DNA of 64,000 bases, from NCBI GenBank assembly GCA_963727505.1, contig CAVSGP010000002.1:173184-237183 (forward strand), in the 5' to 3' direction. This stretch comes from an uncultured Trueperaceae bacterium. Its GTDB lineage: Bacteria > Deinococcota > Deinococci > Deinococcales > Trueperaceae. The position numbers and the translations under genes were made by a program. The notes below the pieces were generated by a model that did no database searches, was not told the origin of the DNA, and saw nothing but the letters and a program-made list of their open reading frames with translations. Every line of letters begins with the position of its first letter. Positions within the stretch are counted from its first letter, which is position 1. This document shows positions 16,427 to 24,796 of the stretch, in pieces.

Positions 16427-18160
16427 TCAGCGTCCGCGGTCGAAAGCACGCCGCAGGAATCCGGGGATCCCGGGCCGACGGAAGGCGGACCGTCCGCTCC
16501 ACAGCAGCCATTCCACAACCAATGCCAGCAGCGCCAGCGTCAGCAGGATCCAGGCCAGCGAGCTGGCGGGCGCTTCGCCCAGCAGCGGACGCGCCTCCCC
16601 ACGGGCGGCCCGGGGCGTCCCCTTGCCGTCGCTGACGGGCGGCGCCGGGAGACGGGACTCGGCGTCGCTGTCGAGGCTGGCCACCACCACGCCGCCGCCC
16701 GGCTCGCGGTAGATGCCGGGCCGCACTGCATACGAGACGACCTCGCCGCCCAGGGTGGTGCCCGGCTGCAGCGCCGCGCCCAGCGCCACGCTGGCGTCGC
16801 CGCGCACCTGACGCAGGTAGTTGGCCACCAGCGCGGGGAACGCCGCGCGCAGCACCAGGTCCGTCTGGGTGGGGTTGAACGCGGCCTGCAGCACCCGCAC
16901 GCCGCCGCTGTCGCGGTAGCGCAACACCGGCTCGAGCTCGGCCGTGCTCGCCAGCGTCTGCCAGCCGCCGGACACGGTCCAGGGCGTGCGCGCGGGGTCG
17001 AGCCCCACCACCACGTCCTGCAGGTCCACGAAGCGCATCAGCGGCGACCCGCGGTCGAACTCTCGCACCACGCGGTACTCCGGTTTGGATGCGGCCGGCG
17101 CGAAGAGCAGGTAGCTTCCCGGCGGCAGCCCCTGCGGGTCCGAGCGGGTCAGCACGCGCAGGTCGGCAGGGATCTGCGCGGCGCTGGCGTTCACCCGCAC
17201 CGTCACGCCGGGTACTGCCGCCAGCGCCTTGATGACCGCCTGGTCGCCTTGCTGCACGACCGCCGTCACCTGCCGGGCGCCCGCGTAAGCCTCGTCGTCG
17301 AGGGCGAGGGCGTCGCCCGCCGGGGACCCGGCCTCCACCCCCGCCGGCGGTGTGATGGCGGCGCGGTAGAGGCCCCGGACGTCGGCGAGCGGGAAGGTGA
17401 TGCTGCCGGTGCCCCCTGCCGGCACCAGCACCGAGCCGCTCGCCACGGCGGCGCCGTCGCGGGTGAGCGCTACCTGTACCTGGACCGGACGACGGCTGTT
17501 CGACACCACTCCCACATAGGCCTGCTGGAGGCCCAGGTCGAAGGCGCTGATCCCCACGTTGATCCCGTCCCCGGCCACGTTGTGGTAACGCACCGAGACC
17601 CCGCCCACCGCCGCCTGGTCGGTGATCAGCTCCAACTGAGCCCCGGGCTCGACCGCCTGCCCGATCGCCACTGCGCGCTCCAGGTCGGCGCTGCGGTCGC
17701 CCACCGTGAGCTGCTGAAGGCTGCGCCGCACGGCGCCCCGATCGCCGGTCAACGGCACCAGCACGCGGGCGTCCAGGCCGGCACGGATGACCGCTACCCG
17801 GCCCGCGCCGGCGAGGAGGCGCTCCGCCACCGCTCTGGCCTTGTCGATGCGCACACCGTCGGTGTCGCGCGCCGCCATGCTGGCCGAGGCGTCGAGGATG
17901 AGGATGCGGTCGGGGGCCACGCCGCCCCGGATCTCGGGCCGCGCCAGCGCGAAGGCGGCGAGCGCCACGAAGAGCAACTGGGCCAGCAGCAGCCACGTCG
18001 GCGAGACGCGCTTCCGACGTTCGGCCGCCTGACGCGCCCGCTGCCACAGGAACAGCGCCGAGACCTGGTGGCGGCGCCGGCGGGCCCGCACGAAGTGCAG
18101 CAGGACCACCAGCGGCAGCGCCAGCAGACCCCACAGGAACTGGGGCGCAGCGAAGCTCAC
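16427..18160 (-). CDS. BatA-like membrane protein with von Willebrand factor A domain
   Basis: Aerotolerance-regulator N-terminal pattern (FAAPQFLWGLLALPLVVLLHF), then vWA with MIDAS DASASM. There is a C-terminal TM helix. GTG 18160 is the likely start. Confidence 0.75.
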   Translation of the reverse strand: MSFAAPQFLWGLLALPLVVLLHFVRARRRRHQVSALFLWQRARQAAERRKRVSPTWLLLAQLLFVALAAFALARPEIRGGVAPDRILILDASASMAARDTDGVRIDKARAVAERLLAGAGRVAVIRAGLDARVLVPLTGDRGAVRRSLQQLTVGDRSADLERAVAIGQAVEPGAQLELITDQAAVGGVSVRYHNVAGDGINVGISAFDLGLQQAYVGVVSNSRRPVQVQVALTRDGAAVASGSVLVPAGGTGSITFPLADVRGLYRAAITPPAGVEAGSPAGDALALDDEAYAGARQVTAVVQQGDQAVIKALAAVPGVTVRVNASAAQIPADLRVLTRSDPQGLPPGSYLLFAPAASKPEYRVVREFDRGSPLMRFVDLQDVVVGLDPARTPWTVSGGWQTLASTAELEPVLRYRDSGGVRVLQAAFNPTQTDLVLRAAFPALVANYLRQVRGDASVALGAALQPGTTLGGEVVSYAVRPGIYREPGGGVVVASLDSDAESRLPAPPVSDGKGTPRAARGEARPLLGEAPASSLAWILLTLALLALVVEWLLWSGRSAFRRPGIPGFLRRAFDRGR

Positions 18161-18336
18161 CGTCCCCGACCCCGCCCGGGGCTCCCCATCATCCCCTGTG
18201 CAGCAACGACGCCGTCCATGCCCGCCCAGTGTAGCGCCCACCTGAAACGCGCACGACACCGGCGGCCGGCCTGCACGGGTATAGCTGGTGCATCGACGGT
18301 ACAGGGAAGAAGACGTCCTACCCCTGGAGGTGATCC

Positions 18337-18900
18337 ATGAAGACGCAGCCCGACCCCCTCCCCATCGGCGCCGACGCTCCGCCCTTCGATCTGCCCGCCG
18401 CCGACGGGCGCCGCCACCGTCTTCAGGACTTCGGCGCTGAGCTGTTCGTCTATGTACAGGCGTGCAACCACTGCCCCTACGTGGTGGCCAACGTCGAACG
18501 GCTGACCCGCCTCGCCCGTGACTATCGGGGGAGCGTCGATGTCGTGTTCGTCAACTCCAACGATGCCGAGACGCACCCCACCGACGACGTCGAAGCGATG
18601 CGCGCCTTCGCGCGGGACCACGACCTACCCTTCCCCTACCTCCGCGACTCCGACCAGAGCGTGGCGCAGGCGTACCGTACGCAGCGCACGCCGGAGGTCC
18701 TGGTGTTCGATCGGGAGCGGCGACTGCGCTACCACGGCCGCATCGACGACAGCCCCAAGGACCCCGACGCAGTCACCCAGAACACCCTGCGCAACGCATT
18801 GGACGCAATCCTGGCAGGACGTTCCGTCGTCGAGGCCGAGACCTTCGCGATGGGGTGCACCGTCAAGTGGAAGCCGGGCAACTTTCCCGAGGTGGCCTGA
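18337..18900 (+). CDS. Thioredoxin-fold thiol-disulfide oxidoreductase (AhpC/TSA-redoxin family)
   Basis: CNHCP active-site motif in a redoxin-like context (FVYVQACNHCPYV ... RTPEVLVFD). RBS GGAGGTGA. Confidence 0.8.
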   Translation: MKTQPDPLPIGADAPPFDLPAADGRRHRLQDFGAELFVYVQACNHCPYVVANVERLTRLARDYRGSVDVVFVNSNDAETHPTDDVEAMRAFARDHDLPFPYLRDSDQSVAQAYRTQRTPEVLVFDRERRLRYHGRIDDSPKDPDAVTQNTLRNALDAILAGRSVVEAETFAMGCTVKWKPGNFPEVA

Positions 18901-18970
18901 GGATCGGCGGTCATGCCGGAATCGACCGGGACCGCCAACGCGCCCACGAGCGCGTAGCGAACGGAGCGTC

Positions 18971-19465
18971 ATGGGAGACACGATCATGCGAGACAACGTC
19001 ATCCGCCAGCAACTCGAGGGGCTGGTGCGCGGGGAGGGCGCGCACGTGAGCGTCGACGGGTCGCTCGAGGGGCTCCCCGAGGCGCTCCGCGGGCGCGTGC
19101 CCGACGGCCTGGCCCACAGCGCCTGGCAACTGCTCGAGCACATGCGCATCGCCCAGGAGGACCTGCTCCAGTACGCGCTCGATCCCGATTGGACGTCGCC
19201 GTCTTGGCCCGACGGCTACTGGCCGGCCGACCCGCGGCCGGCCTCGGACGCCGCCTGGCAGGACAGCGTGCGCGCCTTCGAGCGTGGACGCGAACTGGCG
19301 CTCTCGCTGGTGCGCGACGCCGAGCGGGACCTCACCGCGCCCCTGGCGCACACGCCCGGGCACACGCTGCTGCGCCAGCTCCTGCTGCTCGCCGACCACA
19401 ACGCCTACCATGGCGCCCAGCTCGTCGACGTCCGGCGCGCGCTGGGGGCGTGGCCGCCCGCCTGA
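18971..19465 (+). CDS. DinB-family (DinB/YfiT-like) four-helix-bundle protein
   Basis: HSAWQLLEHMRIAQEDLL ... LLLADHNAYHGAQLV is the His-containing DinB pattern. Only the 3' 495 nt of track ORF 18518..19465 is used. Confidence 0.75.
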   Translation: MGDTIMRDNVIRQQLEGLVRGEGAHVSVDGSLEGLPEALRGRVPDGLAHSAWQLLEHMRIAQEDLLQYALDPDWTSPSWPDGYWPADPRPASDAAWQDSVRAFERGRELALSLVRDAERDLTAPLAHTPGHTLLRQLLLLADHNAYHGAQLVDVRRALGAWPPA

Positions 19466-19476
19466 TCGAACGCGCC

Positions 19477-19529
19477 GGATCACACCCTACGGATCACACC
19501 TGCCGCATCAAGACCTGCCGCATCAGACC
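19477..19529. repeat. Two adjacent short tandem duplications in a convergent intergenic gap
   Basis: ggatcacacc(ctac) then ggatcacacc, followed by tgccgcatcaagacc then tgccgcatcagacc. The second pair overlaps the stop codon of the minus-strand carboxyltransferase gene. Confidence 0.8.
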
Positions 19530-21211
19530 TGGAAGACCCCTACGCGGAACGGCGGCGGCTCGCTGTCCAGAGCGCATGCCTCCAGCGCCCGGATGAGGCG
19601 GTGCCGCAGTTCGAGCGGCATCACAACGGCGTCGACCCACAGCCGAGCCGCACCGTAGCGGATATCGAGGGCATGCTCGTAGCCGGCGCGGATGCGCTCG
19701 AAGAGCTCAGCCAGGGTGTCCTCGTCGGGCTCGGTGCCGGCGCGAGCGAGCTGTGCCGCCTGGATGTCGAGGATGGTCTTGGCCGCCTGCTGACCGCCCA
19801 TCACGGCGTAGCGCGCACTCGGCAGCGCGAACAGGAAGCGTGGCGCGTAGGCCTTGCCGCTCATGGCGTAGTGCCCGGCGCCGTAGGAACCTCCGAGGAT
19901 GACGCTGAGGCGAGGCACGACGCTGTTGCTGACCGCGTTGACCAGCTTGGCGCCGCGCCGGATGATGCCGTCCTGCTCGCTGTCGACCCCCACCATGAAA
20001 CCGTTGACGTCGTGCAGGAACACGATGGGGATGCCCATCTGGTTGCAGTTGAGCACGAAGCGCGCTGCCTTGTCGGCCGCCTCGGCGTAGATGACACCGC
20101 CGACCTCGAGCCGGCCGCGGTTCTTCACCACCCGCTTCTGGTTCGCCACGATCCCCACCGGGAAACCACCCAGACGGGCGGTGCCGCACACCAGGGTGCG
20201 GCCGTAGCGTGCCTTGTACTCGTCGAACTCCGCTCCGTCGACGAGGCGGGCGATGATCTCGCGGGTCTCGTAGGGCTGGCTCCCGCCGTCGACCGGCAGC
20301 AGGCCCTCGAGGTCCTCGGCCTTCTCGGCCGGCTCCACGCTCTCGCGCCGGTCGCGCGCCCAGGCGGCCAGGGGACGTGGTGCGTAGCTCGCGGCGAGCC
20401 GGCGCAGGCGCAGCAGGGCATGGGCGTCGTCGGGTTCGAGGAAGTCGACCGTGCCCGACACCTCGGCGTGCATCACGGCACCGCCCAGATCCTCGCTCGA
20501 CACCGTCTGGCCGATCGCCGCCTTCACCAACGCCGGCCCGGCCAGGTAGAGGCCGGAGCCTTCGGTCATGACCAGGGTGTCGCACATGACCGGCAGGTAG
20601 GCCCCGCCGGCCACGCAGTTTCCCATGATGGCCGCCATCTGCGGGATGCCTAGCGCGCTCATGCGCGCGTTGAGGTAGAACACACGACCGAAGTCGTCCT
20701 GGTCAGGGAAGATCTCGTCCTGCATGGGAAGGTAGACCCCGGCGGAGTCCACCAGATAGACCGTCGGAAGGCGGTTCTCGAGCGCGATCGTCTGGGCCCG
20801 GATCACCTTCTTGGCGGTGATCGGGAAGAACGCGCCGGCCTTGACGGTGGCGTCGTTGGCGACCACCATCCAGGGGCGGCCGTCGATGCTTCCGATCCCC
20901 GTCACCACGCCCCCGCCGGGCGCGCCGCCCTCGGCCTGGTACATCTCCCAGCCGGCGAAGGTCATCAGCTCGTCGAAGGGAGCGCCGTCGTCGAGCAGCT
21001 TCGCCACACGCTCGCGCGCCGTCCACCGGCCCTTGTCGTGCTGGCGCTTGCGCGCCTTGAGCCCGCCACCTTCCGCGACCGCCGCACGCTGCTCGAGGAG
21101 CGTCGCGCCCGCCTCCTTCCAGTCCTTGCGGTTGGGGCGGTAGGGGGAGCGACGGCGGTCCTCCAGCGTGATCTCCGTAGCGATGCGATAGGACGCGCGT
21201 TTGCCGCGCAC
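19523..21211 (-). CDS. Acyl-CoA carboxylase carboxyltransferase (beta) subunit, methylcrotonyl-CoA carboxylase-beta-like
   Basis: VVANDATVKAGAFFPITAKK ... LVDSAGVYLPMQDEIFPDQDDFGRVFYLNARMSALGIPQMAAIMGNCVAGGAYLP is the carboxyl-transferase pattern. 562 aa. Confidence 0.85.
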   Translation of the reverse strand: MRGKRASYRIATEITLEDRRRSPYRPNRKDWKEAGATLLEQRAAVAEGGGLKARKRQHDKGRWTARERVAKLLDDGAPFDELMTFAGWEMYQAEGGAPGGGVVTGIGSIDGRPWMVVANDATVKAGAFFPITAKKVIRAQTIALENRLPTVYLVDSAGVYLPMQDEIFPDQDDFGRVFYLNARMSALGIPQMAAIMGNCVAGGAYLPVMCDTLVMTEGSGLYLAGPALVKAAIGQTVSSEDLGGAVMHAEVSGTVDFLEPDDAHALLRLRRLAASYAPRPLAAWARDRRESVEPAEKAEDLEGLLPVDGGSQPYETREIIARLVDGAEFDEYKARYGRTLVCGTARLGGFPVGIVANQKRVVKNRGRLEVGGVIYAEAADKAARFVLNCNQMGIPIVFLHDVNGFMVGVDSEQDGIIRRGAKLVNAVSNSVVPRLSVILGGSYGAGHYAMSGKAYAPRFLFALPSARYAVMGGQQAAKTILDIQAAQLARAGTEPDEDTLAELFERIRAGYEHALDIRYGAARLWVDAVVMPLELRHRLIRALEACALDSEPPPFRVGVFQV

Positions 21212-21212
21212 G

Positions 21213-21521
21213 TTAACGGACGTGGGTTGCCAGGACCACCAACAGGCCGCCGCCCGCGTTCTCCAGATGGTGGCGCGTACCGGCCGGCACGCTGACGAGT
21301 TTGCCGGTGCCCACGCGGTCGCTGCCGGCGTCGTGACGGAGCAGCACCTCGCCCTCGAGCACCTGGTACAGGCAGCTCGCGTCGTACGTGTGGTCCTCGT
21401 CGCGTTGCCCCGCCTCGAAGCAGTGCAGCGTCACGCTCAGGTCCCCTTCCGTCACCAACTCGCGGTTCTGGACGGTGTCGAGCGAGAAACGGCGAGCGTC
21501 GGCGATGGTCACGATGTTCAC
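21213..21521 (-). CDS. Cupin-domain protein
   Basis: 102 aa with a cupin-like HxxxE...G...VPAGTRHHLEN pattern. GTG 21521 with RBS GGGAGG. Its stop lies 1 nt from the carboxyltransferase start. Confidence 0.7.
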   Translation of the reverse strand: MNIVTIADARRFSLDTVQNRELVTEGDLSVTLHCFEAGQRDEDHTYDASCLYQVLEGEVLLRHDAGSDRVGTGKLVSVPAGTRHHLENAGGGLLVVLATHVR

Positions 21522-21609
21522 GGTGCTAGACCTCCCTCAGGTCCCTGCGTCCGGCCCACGTCCCCCGTGGTGCCGGAATTGCGCCCTGGTCGACGACCAT
21601 TGTGCGCTG

Positions 21610-21815
21610 TGTGGATAACCAATGCAATCTGTGGATAACTCGGGTCCCTTGACAAGACCCCGGAAGGTCTGGTAAATGCTCCGCGCATTCCGCCGGACGG
21701 AGAAAGAACGTTCTGGACGCCCTTTCTGACACCTCGCCCGCCAGCATCGGGCTCTCCGACGCGCACGCGGCACTTCTCCACATGCTTGTGGAGAACTCCG
21801 CTCGCCTGTGGAAAA
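21610..21815. promoter_or_regulatory. Cluster of five DnaA-box-like 9-mers
   Basis: TGTGGATAA at 21610-21618 and 21630-21638 (perfect complement of TTATCCACA). TTCTCCACA at 21774-21782, TGTGGAGAA at 21787-21795 and TGTGGAAAA at 21807-21815 have one mismatch each. Confidence 0.6.
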
Positions 21816-21823
21816 GGTTGCCT

Positions 21824-22438
21824 TCACGCCTCACGCACGGCCTGGACGAAGGCCCGGACACGCTCGGCGTCCTTGATGCCTGGCTCCGACTCCACCCCGG
21901 AGGCGACGTCGACGGCGTACGGGCGCAGCGCCCGCACCCCCTCCCCCACCGTTCCCGGGTCGAGGCCGCCGGCCAGCACCAGCCGCGGGTGCCCTCGCCA
22001 GGACCCGGCGTCCGCCCAGCGGAAGGGCCGCCCCGATCCCGGCGTGGGAGCGTCGAGCAGGAACGCATCGGCCGGGTAGTCCTCCAGCGATGCGGGGGTG
22101 AGGTTCGGCTCGAACGCCATCGCCCGGACCACCATCACGTCGCCCCGCAGCGCCGCAGCGTAGCTGGCGGGCTCGTCGCCGTGGAGTTGCACGGCCCCCA
22201 GCTTGAGGCGGTGCACGGCGGCGCGCACGGTGTCGAGCGGCGCGTCCACGAACACCCCGACGCGCGTGATGAAGGGGCCGAGGCCCGACACGATGCCGGC
22301 AGCGGCCGCCAGGCTGACCCTGCGCTTGGAGCGCTCGGCGAAGATCAGGCCGACCGCGTCGGCTCCCGCTCGTTCGGCTGCACGCGCGTCCTCGGCCCGC
22401 GTGATGCCGCAGATCTTGATCCGTACACGCCCGTCCAT
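21824..22438 (-). CDS. trpF: Phosphoribosylanthranilate isomerase
   Basis: RIKICGITRAEDARAAERAGADAVGLIF ... VQLHGDE ... LAGGL is the TrpF pattern. Only the last 204 codons of track ORF 21824..24298 are used. Confidence 0.9.
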   Translation of the reverse strand: MDGRVRIKICGITRAEDARAAERAGADAVGLIFAERSKRRVSLAAAAGIVSGLGPFITRVGVFVDAPLDTVRAAVHRLKLGAVQLHGDEPASYAAALRGDVMVVRAMAFEPNLTPASLEDYPADAFLLDAPTPGSGRPFRWADAGSWRGHPRLVLAGGLDPGTVGEGVRALRPYAVDVASGVESEPGIKDAERVRAFVQAVREA

Positions 22439-22464
22439 GGCTCCATTATGGTCCCGCCCCGCCA

Positions 22465-23979
22465 TCATGCCCGTCCGTAGCCCGCGACCACCTCGACGCT
22501 CACGCCGAGCGACGCAGCCATGAGGTCGGAGCGGGCGGCGGCCTCCCGGATCTCGATCTCGGCGTCGCCGTCGGCGAGCGCCTCCACCTGTAGGTAGCCA
22601 GCGCCCAGGTGGCAGCGCACGGCGCGCACGCGCTGCGCTTTGCTGCGCTCCAGGTACTCCGCCAGTCGCAGCATTCCGGCCAGGCGCGCGAGCCGGTCCA
22701 GGTCGCCCTCCTCGAGGACGACACCGTAGCCCTGGTCGCCAGGGGAGCCACGACGGTGATAACGCACCAGCAGGGCGACGAGCACCTGCTCGCGGTGACT
22801 GAACCCGGGCATGGCACGCCCCATCACCAGATACATGCCGTGCTTGTGGTGAGCGTAGTAGTCCACCGCCATGCCGATGTCGTGCACCAGCGCGGCGGCC
22901 GCCAGCAACGCGCGCTCCCACGCGCCCATGCCGTGAAGGCTCGCGAGCTGGTCGAAGAGCTGCAGCGCAAGGTGACGCACGTGCAGGTTGTGCGGTGCGT
23001 TGTCGTAGTACTCCCGCATCAGGTTGAGGGCGCTGAACTCTCGCACGTCGGGAGCGAGATGGTCTCCCTTCGGGAACAGGAAGGGGTAGAACAGCCCCTC
23101 GCGCAGGCCCTGCCCGCTGATGCTCACCTCGTCGACCTTCAGCGCGGCCAACGCCTCGGCGATCACGACGCCGCCGGCCACGATGATGTCCGCCCGGTCG
23201 CGGTTGAGGCCCTTGACGTCGCGGCGCCGCTGCAACGGCCGGCGCGCCAGGTCCGCCACCAGCTCCTCCAACACCTCGCGCTGCAGGCGGTAACCGTGCA
23301 GCAGGTCGGGCCGATAGTCGGTGCGCGACTGCACGATGTTGGCGAGGTTGCGCACGGTCCCACCCATACCCACCACCGGCAGGCCCGCCGGCAACTCGGC
23401 GAGCCGAGGCGCCAGCTGCTCGCGGACGTGCTGCCGCAACGCCTTGAGCTCGCGGCTCCTGGGCGGGTCGCTGGTGAGGAAGGCCTCGGTGGTGCGCACC
23501 GCGCCCAGCGGCAGGGCGCCGCCCTGCTCGAAGCGGCGCTCGCGCAGCCGGCTGAGCTGCATGCTGCCGCCCCCGAGATCGAAGACGACGGCGTCCTGAA
23601 CGTCGAAACTGTTGGCGACCGCGAGCGCCCCGTACTCCGCTTCCTGATGGCCGGTGAGGACCTCGAGCTCGACCCCGGCTCGCTGTCGCGCCGCTTCGAC
23701 GAACGCCTCGCCGTTGACGGCGGCGCGCACTGCACTGGTAGCAGTGGCGCGCAGATCGTCGATGCCGACGGCGTCGCAGTAGCCTCGGAACGTGCGGAGC
23801 GCCTCCAGGCCGCGCTCGAACGGCTCGGCGCGGAGGATGCGCGAAGGCCCCATCCCCTCGGACAACCGCACCACCTCCCGCAGCTCGTCGAGCAGCTGGA
23901 AACGGTAGTCGGCGCGATAGAGCAGCACCACCAGGCGGGCGGTATTGCTGCCGAGATCGATGATGCCGACGCTGCGCAC
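22465..23979 (-). CDS. ppx: Ppx/GppA-family exopolyphosphatase with C-terminal HD domain
   Basis: IIDLGSNTARLVV, VFDLGGGSMQLS and a later HDIG-type segment (ALVHDIGMAV). Confidence 0.85.
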   Translation of the reverse strand: MRSVGIIDLGSNTARLVVLLYRADYRFQLLDELREVVRLSEGMGPSRILRAEPFERGLEALRTFRGYCDAVGIDDLRATATSAVRAAVNGEAFVEAARQRAGVELEVLTGHQEAEYGALAVANSFDVQDAVVFDLGGGSMQLSRLRERRFEQGGALPLGAVRTTEAFLTSDPPRSRELKALRQHVREQLAPRLAELPAGLPVVGMGGTVRNLANIVQSRTDYRPDLLHGYRLQREVLEELVADLARRPLQRRRDVKGLNRDRADIIVAGGVVIAEALAALKVDEVSISGQGLREGLFYPFLFPKGDHLAPDVREFSALNLMREYYDNAPHNLHVRHLALQLFDQLASLHGMGAWERALLAAAALVHDIGMAVDYYAHHKHGMYLVMGRAMPGFSHREQVLVALLVRYHRRGSPGDQGYGVVLEEGDLDRLARLAGMLRLAEYLERSKAQRVRAVRCHLGAGYLQVEALADGDAEIEIREAAARSDLMAASLGVSVEVVAGYGRA

Positions 23980-24041
23980 GAAGGCAGTATGGCACGCGTC
24001 GCGAACCCGGCCGGCCCCGCCGGGGCGGGCCGAGCGCGATG

Positions 24042-24401
24042 TCAGAGGACGTCGCGCAGGTGCTCGAGGCGGGCCGCGCCTTCTTCTCCGAGCACCACGA
24101 TGGCGTCGAAGCGCGTGCGCACGTCGGGATCGCCGAGGCGCCTCGCCAGGTAGTGGCGCGCCGTTCGCCGCAAGCGCTCGAGCTTGCGGCGATCGAGGGT
24201 CTCGGCTGGATGCCCGTAGCGTTCGCTGCGACGCTGGCGCACTTCGACGAAAACGACCGTGGCGCCGTCGCGGACGATGAGATCGATCTCGCCGGCACGC
24301 ACGGCGTAGTTGGTCTCCAGCACCACCCAGCCCAGGCCTTCCAGGTGGCGCCGAGCGAGTGCCTCGGCCCAGTGCCGCAGCGGTGCCTCCCCGGGCGCCA
24401 A
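24042..24401 (-). CDS. yraN: YraN-family (UPF0102) endonuclease-like protein
   Basis: GEIDLIVRDGATVVFVEVRQRRS ... is the YraN pattern. Only a TTG at 24401 is available as an in-frame start, 8 nt after the rsfS stop. Confidence 0.7.
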   Translation of the reverse strand: MAPGEAPLRHWAEALARRHLEGLGWVVLETNYAVRAGEIDLIVRDGATVVFVEVRQRRSERYGHPAETLDRRKLERLRRTARHYLARRLGDPDVRTRFDAIVVLGEEGAARLEHLRDVL

Positions 24402-24409
24402 GATCCGCC

Positions 24410-24796
24410 TCAGGCGGGCGTGACCTGCACCCGACGCGCGTCGGCCCAGAGTCCCTCGATGTCGTAGAAGGAGCGGGCCTCGGGGCTCATGATGTGAGCG
24501 ACGATGCCACCGAAGTCGATGAGGACCCAGCGGTCGCTGGGGCCCTCCACGCCGCGCGGGGGGAAGCCGTGCTGCTTGAGGCGCTCCCGCACGGCGTCCT
24601 CCAGCGCGCGAAGCTGGAGGTGCGACTCCCCGGTGGCGACGATGAAGTAATCGAGCGTGGCCGAGACCTCGGTGAGGTCCAGCACGACGATGTCCTTGGC
24701 GCGGCGGTCGTCGAGCGCATCGACGATGAGCTGCACCTCCTGCGGTACGGCGGTACTCTTCTGCAACGTCCCTCCCTCGCTGGCGGGCCCGGTCAT
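24410..24796 (-). CDS. rsfS: Ribosomal silencing factor RsfS (iojap-like)
   Basis: DDRRAKDIVVLDLTEVSATLDYFIVATGESHLQLRAL ... WVLIDFGGIVAHIM. ATGA overlap with the upstream LCP gene. Confidence 0.9.
   Translation of the reverse strand: MTGPASEGGTLQKSTAVPQEVQLIVDALDDRRAKDIVVLDLTEVSATLDYFIVATGESHLQLRALEDAVRERLKQHGFPPRGVEGPSDRWVLIDFGGIVAHIMSPEARSFYDIEGLWADARRVQVTPA

Noticed and set aside
16410-18134. A 574-aa minus-strand ORF in another frame of the BatA/vWA gene
   Set aside because: The frame at 16427..18160 carries the BatA N-terminal motif and the MIDAS motif. This alternative frame is low-complexity Arg/Gly/Pro.
12449-19529. Reading the short direct repeats as CRISPR arrays
   Set aside because: The units are 12-17 bp and directly adjacent with no spacers. 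There are at most five copies, and no cas genes are in the window.
21649-21678. A plus-strand promoter TTGACA-18-TAAATG in the same gap, suggesting an unannotated plus-strand RNA
   Set aside because: The -10 is weak (3 of 6, lacking the final T), and there is no downstream plus-strand ORF or terminator. I keep it only as a possibility to check by RNA-seq.
21774-21795. Reading the TTCTCCACA-tgct-TGTGGAGAA palindrome as just a trpF terminator hairpin
   Set aside because: Not fully rejected: it lies 29 nt past the trpF stop and could fold. It lacks a U-tract, though, and its arms match the DnaA box, as do three more nearby 9-mers. I therefore favour the DnaA reading.
21599-21815. Reading the DnaA-box cluster as the chromosomal origin
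   Set aside because: There is no dnaA or dnaN nearby, only five boxes, and no AT-rich unwinding region. Genes on both sides, including rplU-rpmA-obg, share the minus strand, so there is no leading-strand switch. A whole-genome GC-skew analysis would be decisive.
22439-24298. The upstream 620 codons of the 824-aa ORF 21824..24298
   Set aside because: Only the last 204 codons are TrpF. The rest overlaps ppx and yraN in a different frame and shows no protein-like pattern.
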